NCBI GenBank assembly: GCA_963693365.1
Contig: CAVNZM010000004.1
Span: 13,597,928 to 13,661,927, forward strand
DNA length: 64,000 nt
DNA from: Amoebidium appalachense
Taxonomy: Eukaryota > Protista > Ichthyosporea
Reading direction: 5' to 3'
A program made the position numbers and the translations under genes. This document shows, in pieces, positions 1 through 38,852 of the stretch. The notes under the pieces are model-generated. The model had not been told where the DNA came from. It saw only the letters and a program-made list of their open reading frames with translations, and ran no database searches. Position 1 is the stretch's first letter. Each line of letters begins with the position of its first letter.

Positions 1-1041
1 CGTGTCTTTAGAGATATCTCATATGATCAATCAACTTGTATATCTATTTATGTGCCTCCCCGTGGGCGATTCCTCTCTCCCCCCCCCCCCCCCCCCCCCC
101 CCTACCCCTACCACAGCCCCCGTGACCCATCCTCTCTCCCTCTCTATCTCTCTCCTTCTAGATCTCTCTCTCCCTCATGCATGCACACACGCTGCCTCTT
201 TCCCTCTCTTCCCCGTCATCCTCCCCCCCCCCCCCCTCCCCCCCCCCCTCCCCCCTTCCCCTCCCCCCACCCCACACCTTCCCTCTTCTCTCGTATTTTC
301 CCTCCTCAGCCCTCCGACGAACAACAATCCACTTTATTCTCACAGTTACAGGTGATGTCGTAAATTTTCAAAATTCATTTCATGCTAGTTTATTCAGCGG
401 CCGTGGGTGAAAGAGGCAGGCAGCGGCCAAAATACACAATGACTGTCGTATTGTTAAAATACACACCATATCTCCATCCACCGGCATCATCAACAACAGA
501 GCTAACCTTAACAGCCACCAAAACACAGCCGGGCCCAGAGTGGCTAGATCATCGATTTTTTTGAGGAGGGCTAACAACTGCCCGTGGTATATGTCTGCAC
601 ATGCATTGTCGGTAGTTTACACAACAAACTGGTTTTTGCACATGCTACGCTGCTAGGATTTACCACAGAATTGGAGACAACGGGGCGGGGTGAATAAAAT
701 GAGTGAAGTTGCAACCATTGCTTGGGTGTTTTCAGATGACAAATCTACAGGGTATTGATATAAATCTACAGGGTATTGATACATATATAAGACGTGTACA
801 GGGTTCGTCTCCTATCATACTATCTGTTGCTGCTAGTTACGTTGTGAAAAAATGACCTTGACTGCCCATTAAACATATGCCGCAGATAAACGTGGGCACA
901 AGTAATAACATAGCCATCATACAGGAAAGGGAGTGGGGTTGCACATACAATCAGGTGTTATCAAACCAATACTCATTCATCAAAAGCACAAAAAAGGTTG
1001 GGGGGCGGTTTTCATCAAAAGCACAAAAAAGATGGGGCAAC

Positions 1042-1075
<34 letters not shown>

Positions 1076-1123
1076 CAGGCGCAAACTGCGGCAGGGGCAG
1101 GGGGGGGGGGGGGGGGGGGGGGC

Positions 1124-6892
<5,769 letters not shown>

Positions 6893-8174
6893 GTTTTATG
6901 TATGAATGCCGGGTGGTTTGGTGGTCAGAAAGACACGGCAAAGGAGATGTATGGAAGACACATTGGCTTGGTGGGTGATTACATACACAATGCTTGGCCC
7001 CGCAAAGACATTAGCCAAATGTGCTGGTTGGGGATTGCAGCTGGCTTATCTTTTGTGCCCTATGGAAAACGGCTAGCCGGAGTTGATTATAGAAATAGTT
7101 GTTATTCTCGTTTGCTGGTTTTTACAGACAGCTGCGGTCATCGACAAAAATTTGTTTGCCTCTGCACAAGTCCGAGAGCACCAAAAACCCACGACAATAT
7201 TTCAACCAGACTGGCCTGGTTGCTCACTAAAACCAAATGAGAGAAGACGTAGAAGTTAAAGAAAGTGTTGTCTTGGACGAACAACCAAAACCGGCCATGT
7301 AAAAGTGATATCACTAAGTCGAAGAAAGGAAAGAAAAAGAACATATAACTAAGCCACGTATGTATACCTGTTGACCTACTGAGGGGTCCAGTTCGTGCTG
7401 CTCCTAGCGTGAATAGCTTTATGGTGTAGGCTTGTATTTGGAGCAGTATGCAACGAATACTAACATGCATGCCACTATATTACTAGGAAACCGTGGGATG
7501 CACTATATTGTAGAGTTCATCGGTAGGACTGGCTTGGTGAGTCCCCGTAGCCAGCACAGGACACCGAAGCAGGGTCCGTGACCCCGCCGTGTCCTGCGGC
7601 ATACAAGCCATTTTCGGCGTACAGCTCTAATGATTCTTCACCAATCACTAGTGTCACACGGTTTCCGCCGAATCGGCCGCCCAGCCTCAGAGTTCCGCCC
7701 CGGCGTGCTCCCGCTTTCGGAACGCGCAAATGGTCAAATCCCATTGGAAAAGCCATATTATTATGACGGTGTTCTAAAAATGCTTCCTTAGAACTTTAAT
7801 TTAAGTTACGCTGATGGTTTTGGCTACCTATCGGCTACTCTTTAGGCTGTTTTAGTGCTTGCATGCCCATATTCTCGGCGAATTTCTCGCTTCTCAGGGT
7901 ACAGGTGGGCACCCATCAAGATCTATCCAATAGGAGGCAGCCTGAAAATCTGGTTTTTCGCCGTATTTTACATTCCATATTAGGCTTATCAGCTGAAGGT
8001 TCCCATGCTCGAATATGGACAAGTCTTCGCCACCCTATAGCAGGAATACGTAAGGAAATCAAATAGCAAGCAACGAGTAGTCGGAGTTCTCGGTCAAGGC
8101 GTATAATAGGTTTATTTCCTATGCAAAGTACATATTTGTAGCTATAGAATGCTGGTAGCTAGTCAGCTAGCTAC

Positions 8175-8280
8175 TGACTTAGCCAATGTGTTTACGACGA
8201 TGTGATTGAGAGAATATCACGCGCCGCGCTGGTGTAGACCTCTTTGATTGGCTTACTAAAAGAGGTGACCAATCAGATTG
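8175..8280. promoter_or_regulatory. CCAAT-box cluster, putative promoter upstream of the minus-strand low-complexity gene
   Basis: CCAAT near 8183, ATTGG near 8247 and CCAAT near 8270 in a microsatellite-free intergenic segment. Confidence 0.35.
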
Positions 8281-9113
8281 ACGCAGCCGCCGCTCTCTAT
8301 TGACTCGTGAATGGCTGGTCTCGAATGAGAAAGTTCTGGGTGTGCGATATTCCTACTTTTTTAATTAGTGTTTTATGTATGTCATAGCTTTTGCTGCACT
8401 GCACCGGTTGGAATTGCCAAGCTGGCGTGCACCTGCGCGCCTCATTCACGTACGTGTCGAAACGAGCCTCCAAGCTAGCAAGCCAGCTTGAAGAATAAGG
8501 TTTTACTGTAACACTTAGGCCCCTAGCATGTGGGTTTGACAATCGTTGCGAATGGCCTAACTAACGTGCATCCGCGGCAACGTACAGGCATAAAAAGGCT
8601 GGCTATATGCACGCCTTTGACTCGATGACCGCGCTCACACTATTCTACATAATATATAAAAAAATCATTAGAACGCAATGAAAGGGCGTACAAAGGGCAA
8701 CAACGACTTTCAAACACACCTGCAGGCAGGTACGCGTACTATGTCATACCTTTTGACGCCCAACTCTGAATCACTCGCCCACGCTGCACGCACACACGCA
8801 TGTACGCACGTATGCACGCAAACACGCAAGCACACGTTCTGTACTTGCACGGGGACACACACACACACAGCTGCAGGCGTCCTATATGATCTCCATGGAC
8901 GTGGTTCCCAAAGACGATGTGTACACGTACATCATGTGCGCACGGTGCCACACATTATTCGCCCACCCACAAACACCTTCTCCCTCTGAGAGCCATTTTG
9001 ATTCTCACTCCCTGTGCCGCTCTCCAAACCTGCACACACGCACACAAGCACACACACACACATACACGTGTACACACACACACACACACACAGACACACA
9101 CACCCACACAAGT

Positions 9114-9149
<36 letters not shown>

Positions 9150-9389
9150 ACAAACACACACAACAAGCACACACACACACATGGCATGTGCATGCGCAGA
9201 CACACATGCACACATGCGCGCACATACACTTGTAAAGCATGTGCGCACGCAGCACACACACACACACACATCGTTACAACCATAAACACATGATGACAGT
9301 CTGAGTGAGTCTTTGATACACATATACAACGTTTCAAACACATGGACACCATACTGCACAAGCTTGAGGTGCCATTTGGCACACACTCG

Positions 9390-9431
<42 letters not shown>

Positions 9432-9922
9432 CACTACACACACGTGCGCGCACACACACACCCATGCACGTGACATACACACACACGCCAGCATACATAC
9501 TGACACATGCAGAAACAGGCATCAAATACAATGCAAACAAGCACACACACACGAGAAGCACGAACACATTGAGTTCGATTTTGCCCCGATCAAAACTTGA
9601 ATGGCTGAGCAAACCGAATGTTCTTTTGAAAGTTAGTGGTTGCGGCTGCGGGTCAGGGAGGGAGCCTCGGCTGGGAGGGAGGGCAGGGTGTTAGGGAGGA
9701 AGCCCTGTGGCAAGAGGGGCAGAGGGAACCCACCCACTCCTGCAGTTTGCTTGGAAGGGCACGACGAAGGGGGGGGGGGGGGGGGGGGGGGGTACCCACC
9801 TCCTCGACGGTGGTGAGGGGAGGTTGGGAGGGGGAGGGAGGGGAGAGGGAGGGGGTTACCACCAGGAACAGGGGATTCCGATGTTTTCCATTGCAGGCCC
9901 CCTCCGACCCCCCTTCCCCACG

Positions 9923-10645
9923 TGTTATCAGAATAAATGTGGAGCAGAGGCAGGATTCGGTCCTGTGACCTCTGTAAGAGAATCACTTCTACATAGTGGA
10001 TCGAGAGTTGAGAGGTTCGCAGGAAGTAACTTGGTTTGAGATCTCTGATCCTCCGGTACCATCTGAGGATTGGTCCGGCTGCTTTATATACCTGCGCGGA
10101 TGCCAGTCCGCGCATACATCGTCCAATAGGATTACAGATAGTCTCAGGATATATCGGGATTATGTACTAGCCAATAGGAAGACAGTTACTAAATGATGGT
10201 TCCTGGCCCAGGCGGTCCCCAAGTACGCGGGGGCGGGATAGGCGGGAACAGCTACGTAGCGCTTCAGTCCTTAGAAATCCACGAAGTTATCAGAATAAAT
10301 GTGGAGCAGAGGCAGGATTCGGTCCTGTGACCTCTGTAAGAGACAATCACTTCTACATAGAGGATCGAGAGTAGAGAGGTTCGCAGCACTCCGAGAAGTG
10401 GTTTATCCTCGAGGATGGTCTGGCTGCTTTAGGATGCCAGTCCGCGATTAGGATTACAGATACCTAGTCTCTCAGGAATCAGGATAGATCGGGATTATGT
10501 ACTAGCCAATAGGAAGACAGTTAAGGTTCCTGGCGTGTGCGGCCCCAGGCGGTCCCCAAGTACCAGGGGGCGGGATAGGCGGGAACAGGCTAAGAACGTG
10601 ACTGGGAAGAGCAGGAATAAACAGATAGACTATTCTATCATAACA
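9923..10645 (+). mobile_element. Solo-LTR-like element with an internal ~330-bp tandem duplication
   Basis: Termini TGTTAT...ATAACA (TG..CA, 6-bp inverted), TATA-like tttatata near 10083, CCAAT boxes, AATAAA at about 10616. Two diverged copies at 9924-10253 and 10286-10590. Flanked by CG on both sides. Confidence 0.6.
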
Positions 10646-11348
10646 CGTGTCACATCATTCGATAATCCCTAATATAACACATCATTCTTCAGCTGAGTGG
10701 CTGAAAACCATACACACAGTCACAAAGACACACACACACACACCACACACACGCGCGTGCACACACACTTACACACACGCCACACGCGCACTGTGACACA
10801 CACAAACACGCGCACACACGCACACACGCACACACACACGCACACACCACCTCCACACGCGCGAACACGCACACACACACACGCACACACACACACACAC
10901 AGTGTCGCACAGATCTTGTGCCACGCATGCATCCACATGTCACAATTATCGTTCTTAACTCACGTCATAGCTATAGTCCGCCGTCCTCTGTGTGGGTGCC
11001 AGCCATATGTATTGTCACATCCTACACCGGCATCATGATCAAACCGGTGACACTTGATTGATACGCACACATACACACACGGACACACACACACACTGCA
11101 ACACAGAGTCACACGCACGCACACACATGCATGTACACGCACATAATACACACACCGTCTGGCAATGCGCTACATACACACATGGGTATAGATATATAGG
11201 CTAAAGAACCACCCACTTTCTTTAACTCCTCTGCCCAGCTGCGGGCCGCTGGCGGTGCTCCAATATTAGAAACTTGAATATGTAGCTGTAAGACAAGATT
11301 GTTGGCCACAGACAGCACGCAACATCCGAATGGTCGTTGTCCGCCGGA

Positions 11349-11411
11349 CCTCGTGTTTGAGCAGGTCGACTGCGGGACTTGCTCAAAACCGTGATGTGCT
11401 CAAACACGAGG
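11349..11411 (+). other. Inverted repeat/hairpin with a perfect 15-bp stem and an alternative 12-bp stem
   Basis: cctcgtgtttgagca (11349-11363) is the exact reverse complement of tgctcaaacacgagg (11397-11411). tttgagcaggtc can instead pair with gacttgctcaaa. Confidence 0.7.
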
Positions 11412-11946
11412 GTGAAATGAACAACGCCTAAGTTCTCCTACTACTCTCACTGCGTACGTAACTACTATAGGCTCATTGCATGCATACTCTCTGTTCTCAC
11501 ACACACAAACTGCATGCTCTACCGCGCAGGCTCTTCCAAGCCTTCCGGGGCCGCGGACGGGCGTGCATGCGTATGCGCACAAGTCAGCGTACCGTTTACA
11601 TCATGGTATGCTCAGGGTGCTGCTTCCAGGCTTTTGATTGGTAGCTGTATACCACAGAAGCACATTGTCCAATTTAGGCAACTGCATCAACCCATATAAG
11701 GAAGGCTGGCTACAAACGGCTTGTCGTCAGCGTCCGCACCCTGGCTCAGTCTGTGTTTTTGACCCTACCGTAGGTTACTAGTAGTGCATTAGTGTTAGCA
11801 AATTAGTAACTGGTTCGAGCGAGAAATAATAAGGTTGTGCAACAGGTGAAGGAAATAGAGAAGGGGCGGAAGTAGCCTGGTAAAGCCCGGTCAGTTCACA
11901 AAACAGTCCCGGCTGGTTTTTCAGTTCGCACGGGAGGCAGGGCAAC

Positions 11947-25796
<13,850 letters not shown>

Positions 25797-26524
25797 TGGT
25801 GAGTTGCTCGATGAGCTAAATGGCTAACTTGATTGTCATGCATAATCGGGTGCTGGTTTGCTTGCATGTAGATGGCATACATGTAAGGTGACACGCCGGA
25901 ATCCAGATTACATGGATTGTGTACATTTGTATGCGTAATGGGGACATACACAAACACTCACACAAGCGTACACCAAAAAGGCACAGACACAGACACAATC
26001 AATTGCAGAGACATGCACAGTGAACATCAAACAAGTCGGACGTCGAGATAACGGTGTGTGCCTGCGCATATGCATGCGGAAAAGCTTGATTATGAATTCG
26101 AAACCTTATCATCAGTGTGTTGCTCTTCGTAATGCGATCCCAGTGTAACGAGTGTGGTTACAACACCGTTCATTTAATTAAAGAAACCCCGAAAGTCTCG
26201 ATATGAATAACCCTTTAGTTGCTGTTTAGCTGAACTGTAACAGATGAATAAGTGCAATCCATGTTCGGTTTGTTTGCGTAGTTTATGTGAATGACCTTAA
26301 TCATTAAATGGTAACCCCTAGTGTACATGTACTCGATTGCAGTAGTAAGTGGTGTAGATAGTAGGGCCCTAGCGGTCCATGGATAGAAGTAACGCAAAAG
26401 AGCAGCCATCGTGGTTGTCTGATGGGAGTTCGTATGCGCTGCCGGCCAGCGTGTATTAATAGATAAAACACCTATAGTTTTGCACTACTTTGCCCATCAT
26501 GCTTCTTTTCCACAAAAAAACAAA

Positions 26525-26556
<32 letters not shown>

Positions 26557-27706
26557 ATCACCCCCACAAAAAAAAAAAAAAAAAAAAAAAAGAAGAAGAA
26601 GAAAAAGAAGAAGAAGATGAGGAAGAAGAAGAAGCATACACACACACTTGGCACCAACCACCGCACGTGCACACACACGGACCTCCCCCGACAACCCTCC
26701 CAGTCTCCATGCCCGTTTATCACCTGAATGATGAATATGACACTGACCTTAAAGTTTTTCTTTCCCCTTTTCGGCGGTGTTGTTTTCTTTCTAGGAGGCT
26801 TGAGTGCCGATAAAAAAGGAAATGCAGAGCGCTCACGTCACGTGTCTCCTTGGATGTTTTTTTTTTTGTTGTTGTTGTTGTTGGGGTGGGGGTGCCGGTG
26901 GGGGGGGGGGGGGGGAGGGGGGGGGGGTTACTATGTGATGCTAATAGCTGTATGAGAGAGAGGATAGGTTTTCTCTAACGGTCATGCCATGCAACGTTCG
27001 CGGTGTTGCCAAAGTTATGTGTGCGAGGAATATTATGAGGTGCTGGATATACACTGTGTGGCAATGTTTTGTGGCCCATAGCTGTGGTAACATCTCAGTT
27101 GTGTGTGATGTGCTTTTCTTCTTTGATGTGCAGTGTAAGACCCTTTCTTGAAACGCAGCTAAGCTAAAGGTGCTTTGTAGGAGAGAGTTGCTGCAGAGTG
27201 TTTGTGTGCAAGTAATATTAATAGTACTTCACATACATTGTCGATCATGCCTTTATTGTTACGTTGGCTTCACACAGGCCATGGAAACGAGCTAGGCTAT
27301 ACATTTGTACATGCATTGTCACCCACCGATAGATGACAAAGTCAGAGTTGCCGACAGTGCAGAAAAAAACAAATCACAGAAATGAAATTAGATCTCCTTG
27401 CATCAAAAAGGCCGGAACTCCAACGTGTCCCATAACTACGTTTCCAAACATAAACTGTGTAATGTACATCTCCCAGTCTGTAGTCTCTAAAACGTTTATA
27501 CGTGCAAAAATCCTTTTCTTTCAGAACAGTGCCGCCAGTATGCTCCAAAAAATGCCTTAGGGGTTTAAATTCAAAATTCTTCGCCAACCCTTTTCTGCCA
27601 ATCCGCCTTCTAAATAATGGTTACAAAATACAATTAAAAACGTAAGGATCATATAACTTACGTAAAGGTCTTAAAGCAAACATGGAGCAGTTTTTTTTTT
27701 TTTTTT

Positions 27707-27737
<31 letters not shown>

Positions 27738-27821
27738 GGGGGCACATTAAGAACTGTGAGTTCGTGTTTGGGCACGCGCATCTACTTGTATGGTTCTGCG
27801 TTTTACGGATACAGGGGGGGC

Positions 27822-32701
<4,880 letters not shown>

Positions 32702-33575
32702 TTTGGCTCTGTACTAAAAGGCTATATATATGTTGGGGGCGAGAAGATGATGAAAATGAAAAAATGAATGAAGAGGAGTAAGAAAACGGCCACAATATGA
32801 GGTGTCCTTAGCAGAAAGAGGGAGCCCCCAACGGAAAGTTTGAAACACAAGACTGGCAGGCGACAAAACAGAAAACAAGAAGAAAGGAAACTTGGTGGGT
32901 TTCGAGTCTCTAGATGGCCGTGGTTTCGGGATTATGTTGCTTCCGGTTATGCGGATGAATGTAGGGAGCCAATAGGATCGCTCTATTTGAATTTGCTTCG
33001 CTCCGGATCAGCTGACTTGTGAGCCACCTGAACAGCTGGTCTCAGAATTAGCCAAATATGGCTATGTGGATTCATGTGGAATTGTTGATAGCAAGTATCC
33101 AATCCGATGGCGGTAGTTCTATGACAGTTGCATTCTTCGCATACTTAGGACACAACACTGCTGCTGGCGCTGCTAGCGCTACCCTGCATGCGCAAGGCCC
33201 CAAAGATACCACACTCTATTCAGGAAATTAGGTTTTATAAATTGCTGTGAGAGCCTGTTTTGGTTGTGTGCGTGTAACACTGTGTGTGTATGTGTGTGTT
33301 TGGGAAGAGAAAAGGGGAAAGGGGGGGGGGGGGGGGGGAGGGGGGGAGGGGGGCCGGGGAGGGGAGGGGGGAGGGGGAAGGGTGGGGGGAGGGAATGGAT
33401 GAGGGGAGGCTCAGATCTGCTCAGGAGGGATCAAGACACGTGCCGGTGAATAATCGCCCAATGTGGGAGGGCTAAAAACCAGCCGGTGGAAACTTTGTGA
33501 GTGAAAGCATGTGTGTGTTATGTGCCTGGGCGTGGGTGTGTGTGGAAGGTACATGATGTGTGTGTGTGTGCGCGG

Positions 33576-33616
<41 letters not shown>

Positions 33617-34057
33617 TCTCAAGCTGACGATTTGGCCAGCATTCCTGGGGATGCTGTTTAATATTTGTGAATTAAAAAAAATGTTTGAAATGTACCTAAG
33701 TCATTTTCAACATCCATCCATTTTGGGCAGGCAGACAACTATCAGACCGAGCTCGAACGCGCTTACAGTAAGCATCCCGCCATCCATCAACCCACCTTCA
33801 CACGAACATAGGAATCAACAATATAAAGATATAAATGCATTAATATGCATGGCCACCTACACAGATGCGGTGTCAATTGAGTACAAAAAATTAACTGCTA
33901 ATTTTCCAAGCCTTGTACAAAACTTGGACTGAAAACCCAGACACTCCCGTTAGATACTTTTGTAGAGCTGTATTCTGCATAGCACAGAGTGTTTGGAAGC
34001 CCCCCAATTCGAGGAATCTGTGGTAGGGATGGTCTTTTTTTTTGGAGGGTTGTGTGT

Positions 34058-34105
<48 letters not shown>

Positions 34106-34258
34106 GGGGGCAGGGGCTTGTGTGGCGGGCTAGGCGGTTGGGGCGCCGAATACAAATCATGATGATGATCTCAGTTGGCTAACGGCTAGTGTGGTGGTGC
34201 GTGTGGAGAGACTGGCTACGTGGACGGTAAAAAGGCCCGGGCCTGAAGGAGTTTTTTT

Positions 34259-34299
<41 letters not shown>

Positions 34300-34970
34300 G
34301 GGGGGAGAAGGATGACTTGTAAGTTAACCGATTCTAATTAGAAATCCTAAGCTTTCAATTCGAAGACAACAGTAACTACGATCGTATTGCAGTCGGAACC
34401 ACTTTGGCGAGAATGATAAAAAAAAAGTTTATTTTTTTTTAAAAAAAAACGGGCTTTCACCCTTCTCCTCAAAAAAGAATGACATATCCTGTCGTGATAA
34501 ATTTGGTTGGGCCTGGACAGGTAGCGAGTGAGAGAACGGTGGCCGTGGGCAGGGTGGTGGTGGGCCAGGGGGAGGGGGGAGGGGGTGGAAGGGGGCTGGG
34601 GCTGGGTAGGATGGAGTGGGGTGGTGGGGGAAGAGGGGGAAAGACTTTACCCAACAAACAGGGCCAGGTGGATTTCCCTGGATCAGGAAGTGCATGCCTG
34701 AAAGATGAAGTTGTTCCTTCGGGAGGGGCCGGGGGAAGCCGGGAGGAGGGGGGGGGAGGGGGGGAGGGGGGAGGGGGGGGGATGGGGGAGGGGGGATGGG
34801 GGCAGCCGGGACATCGAGGACCCTGGCATTAATAATGGGGAGCACCGTGCAACTGCCCCATATTGCCCCACATGAGACTTAGTTCATCGCGTTTCCAAAC
34901 CCCCCAGTGGCAACCTGGCCATAATGATTGGTCCCCGCGCCCCCCCCCCCCCCCCACCTCCTCCAAATCC

Positions 34971-35001
<31 letters not shown>

Positions 35002-36085
35002 ACCACCACCACCACCACCTCCACCCGGGCCACCACCACCATCACCATCGCCATCTTTTCCCAGCTTGCATAATTTCGAGGCAGGCCACGATGGAACCCA
35101 CAACACTACCTGCAAATGTGGGCATGGCCAACCCCCTGCCACAGAAATCTTTGCATTGCGCAATCGTTTCACTTAGCATTCCCCCCAAACCCTCAAGAGA
35201 AAACAACACATGAGCAGGTTTGAGAGATATTAGACTCTAATTTCTATGGCCTAGTTTGATTCGATACTGTCTCTTTACAAGGAGCTTCGTCAGAAGGATT
35301 ATTACCCCTCTCCACTCTCCAGCTTCCATTGGCGCTCCTGCACGCCCACCCCCCCCCCCCCCCCCCCTCACACCCCACCCCATCATCAATCTCCTCCTCC
35401 CCCCCTCCTCCCCCACGTGATCCTGAGTAGCAGGGGTTTAGGAGACTGCCAAGTCGACGGCTTTGGCTGCCTAAAACATAAGAAAGACTCGGGAAAAAAA
35501 TTGCGTTGAAAAAACGTTACATAATAAAGCATACAAGCCTTTATGAACCAGCATGTATTGCACATCTTTAAACCAGCACGAAAAACAAGTGTACCTCGAA
35601 CATGCATGTCCCTATGCAATAATATGGCACTCCTTTCCTGCAGGAACTGGCCAGTGCAAAAAGGGGGAGAGGGGGGATGGGAGACCGAGGGGGGGGGGGG
35701 GGGGGAAGGATCAGCTGAGCCTAACGCTTTCTGCGGAAGGACATTGACACAGTGTCCATATGGCCAAGATTCTAAGCCAACAAGATCGTATCAACACAAA
35801 CTGGCTAAAAGCCCAATGCTGTTTTCTTGACTAGCCCGTCTTGGTTATAAACTTTTTGCTGATAGCCCCCTCCCGCTCCCGGCACCCTACCCTTCCCCGT
35901 GTGAAGGTGGTTGTTAGAACTCACGCTACGCACACACACGGACAGACACACACATGCACATATACACGGATTAACATACTGCAAAGACATGTCCGTCCCC
36001 CCGCCCCCATCCCCCCTCCCCCCCCCCCCCTCCCCTTCCCCCCCTTCCCGAAGCCCCAACCTGCAAACACACACAACAATGGACA

Positions 36086-36180
<95 letters not shown>

Positions 36181-36766
36181 GCACACAATATAAGAATATA
36201 ACCCAGCGGACAATCGCAGCCACTACCACTACAACCCCCACCAGCAGGCTCCCACCCACAGCATTTATGCCTGCAACCCGCCCCCCCCCCCCTTCCCCCC
36301 CCCCCCCCCCCTCCCCCTCGATGTCTCACCCTGTCACGTTTACTATTATTGCCTTCCCATCCTCAAAGGAGGCTGAAATCCTCTGCACGGGCAAACACTC
36401 TAAGTGGTGTGTTGCCAACCCCCCCCCCCCCCCTCCCCCCAGCTAGGTGTGCGCTACTGAGCATCACGACGTGGTTAATCATGTAACAAACCGTTGGAAG
36501 AAACCTAATCGTCAACATACATTTCCTCACCTGTTTGTGGTGTGCAAGGCTCTAGGGTTTCTCTGAATTCTGTTCACAACCACAGTTACTTTACCCGCAA
36601 AGCTAAATAATTCAACACAAGTTTCTTCCCAGAACTGCATGGAGTTATCGAAAGCGCATACCAACAGTTTACTCCGCCCCCCCCCCCCCCCTCTCTCTCT
36701 CCCCCCCTCCGCCCACCCCCACCCCCACCGGCCCCACTCCCACCCTACCAGCCAGCCCCATTTACC

Positions 36767-36813
<47 letters not shown>

Positions 36814-37230
36814 CTGGAAACACAGACACACACACACAAATACCCAAAGGCTACCCCCCTCCCCCCCCCCCCCCCCCCCCCCTTCCCTCTCCCCCTGTCC
36901 CCCCATGCCCCCACCTGCTTGTGGCCTCGTACTTGTTTTCCTCATTCGTTTCACCTCACCCCCTTTCCCTTCTTGCCCTTGCCTCCATCCGTCATCCCCT
37001 CTCATCACCCCCGTTTCTTCCACACCCCAACACCAGAGCCCCACCCTGCTTCCCCCGCTTGCACCCCCCTCTACACCCTTAGGCTAATGCCACACCTCCC
37101 CTGTCTGAGCCTGCTTGCCCATCTCCCTACCCCCAGCGTCCCTGTGCCGGTTGGTCCCCCCCCCCCCCCCCCCCCCCTTTCCCCCCCATTCTACCGTCAT
37201 CACCTCACTAGTCTCAATTTCCTATACCCG

Positions 37231-37273
<43 letters not shown>

Positions 37274-37734
37274 CTTCCCCCCCCCCCCCTTCTTTCCCCC
37301 CCCAGTCATCCACCCACTGAACCACCCACACATCCTACTGTCCTCCCCGGTCCCTCCGGATCCCTGCTCTAAGTACAAAACCAACCGTGCCGTGTCCTCC
37401 TAGAGGTGCAACCTCTTGCCGAGGGGCCAAAGTAGAGGGAGATGTGGAAAGGGGGGGGGGGGGGGAGGGGGGGGGATTGCTTTTTTTTTTTTTTATGGGG
37501 GGGGGGGGGGGGGGGAAGGGGGAGGGGCAGTGATACACGTATACTATACCGTGGTGCCATCAGACTGAAACACGATGGCCTGCCACAAAGCCAGCTTCTT
37601 TCATTCTTTCTGGCAAGTTTTCTTTCTTTTCTTTTTTCCCCTTTTTCTTCTTTAATTCCTTCTTTCTTTTTCTTTTCCCGATGTTTTTTTCTTTTTTTTT
37701 TTTTGGTGGTGGTGGTGGTGGTGGTGGTGGTGGT

Positions 37735-37772
<38 letters not shown>

Positions 37773-38313
37773 AATCTTATTTTTACACAGGCAAGACCTG
37801 CACGCCAGAGTCTTGCATTTTGCCAAAAAATTACCGCTAGAATCTACCAGCAGAAAATCTTTTCTACACCTGCAAACCACACATTGTTAACATGGCACAT
37901 AGTGAGCTGGGCACACAGCAGCTGTTTAACCCCGATACAAAGTGTACCAGAGGAAATTGCTGATTGAATATAAGACATTAGATATCGATGGGGGGGGGGG
38001 GGGGGGGGGGGGGGGTGGAGGAGGGGGGGGGGGGGGGGGGGGGGAGGAGGGAGGGGAGGTAGGTGGGGGGGGGGGGAGGGGGAGGAGGAGGGTTGCCGAT
38101 TGATCCCCCCCCCCCCCTCTCCCCCCCCCCCCCCCCCCTTTTTTTTGGGGGGGGGGGGGGGGGGGAAGACGTGCCGATTGGTTTTTTTTTTTTTTTTTCT
38201 TTTTCCCGACGGGTTTATGATGGCCCTCAGGAGCGGCAAAGGGGTCCCAGGGAGGGGGAGGGGAGGGGAGGTAGGTAGGTAGGGAGGGAGGGAGAGAGGG
38301 ATGGAGGGGGAGG

Positions 38314-38852
<539 letters not shown>

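Noticed and set aside
740-1032. Short direct repeats (21-bp x2 at 740; ttcatcaaaagcacaaaaaag x2 at about 976 and 1011) resembling a mini-CRISPR
   Set aside because: Only two copies each, eukaryotic context and no cas genes; ordinary local duplications.
11400-11946. Pho4-type CACGTG sites expected upstream of GDE1
   Set aside because: None seen in the proximal region, and CACGTG is common throughout the CA/TG-rich DNA anyway.
27342-27587. 81-aa non-repetitive ORF downstream of the hydrolase
   Set aside because: Non-ATG start, AT-rich codons and no recognisable family; probably 3' UTR or intergenic.
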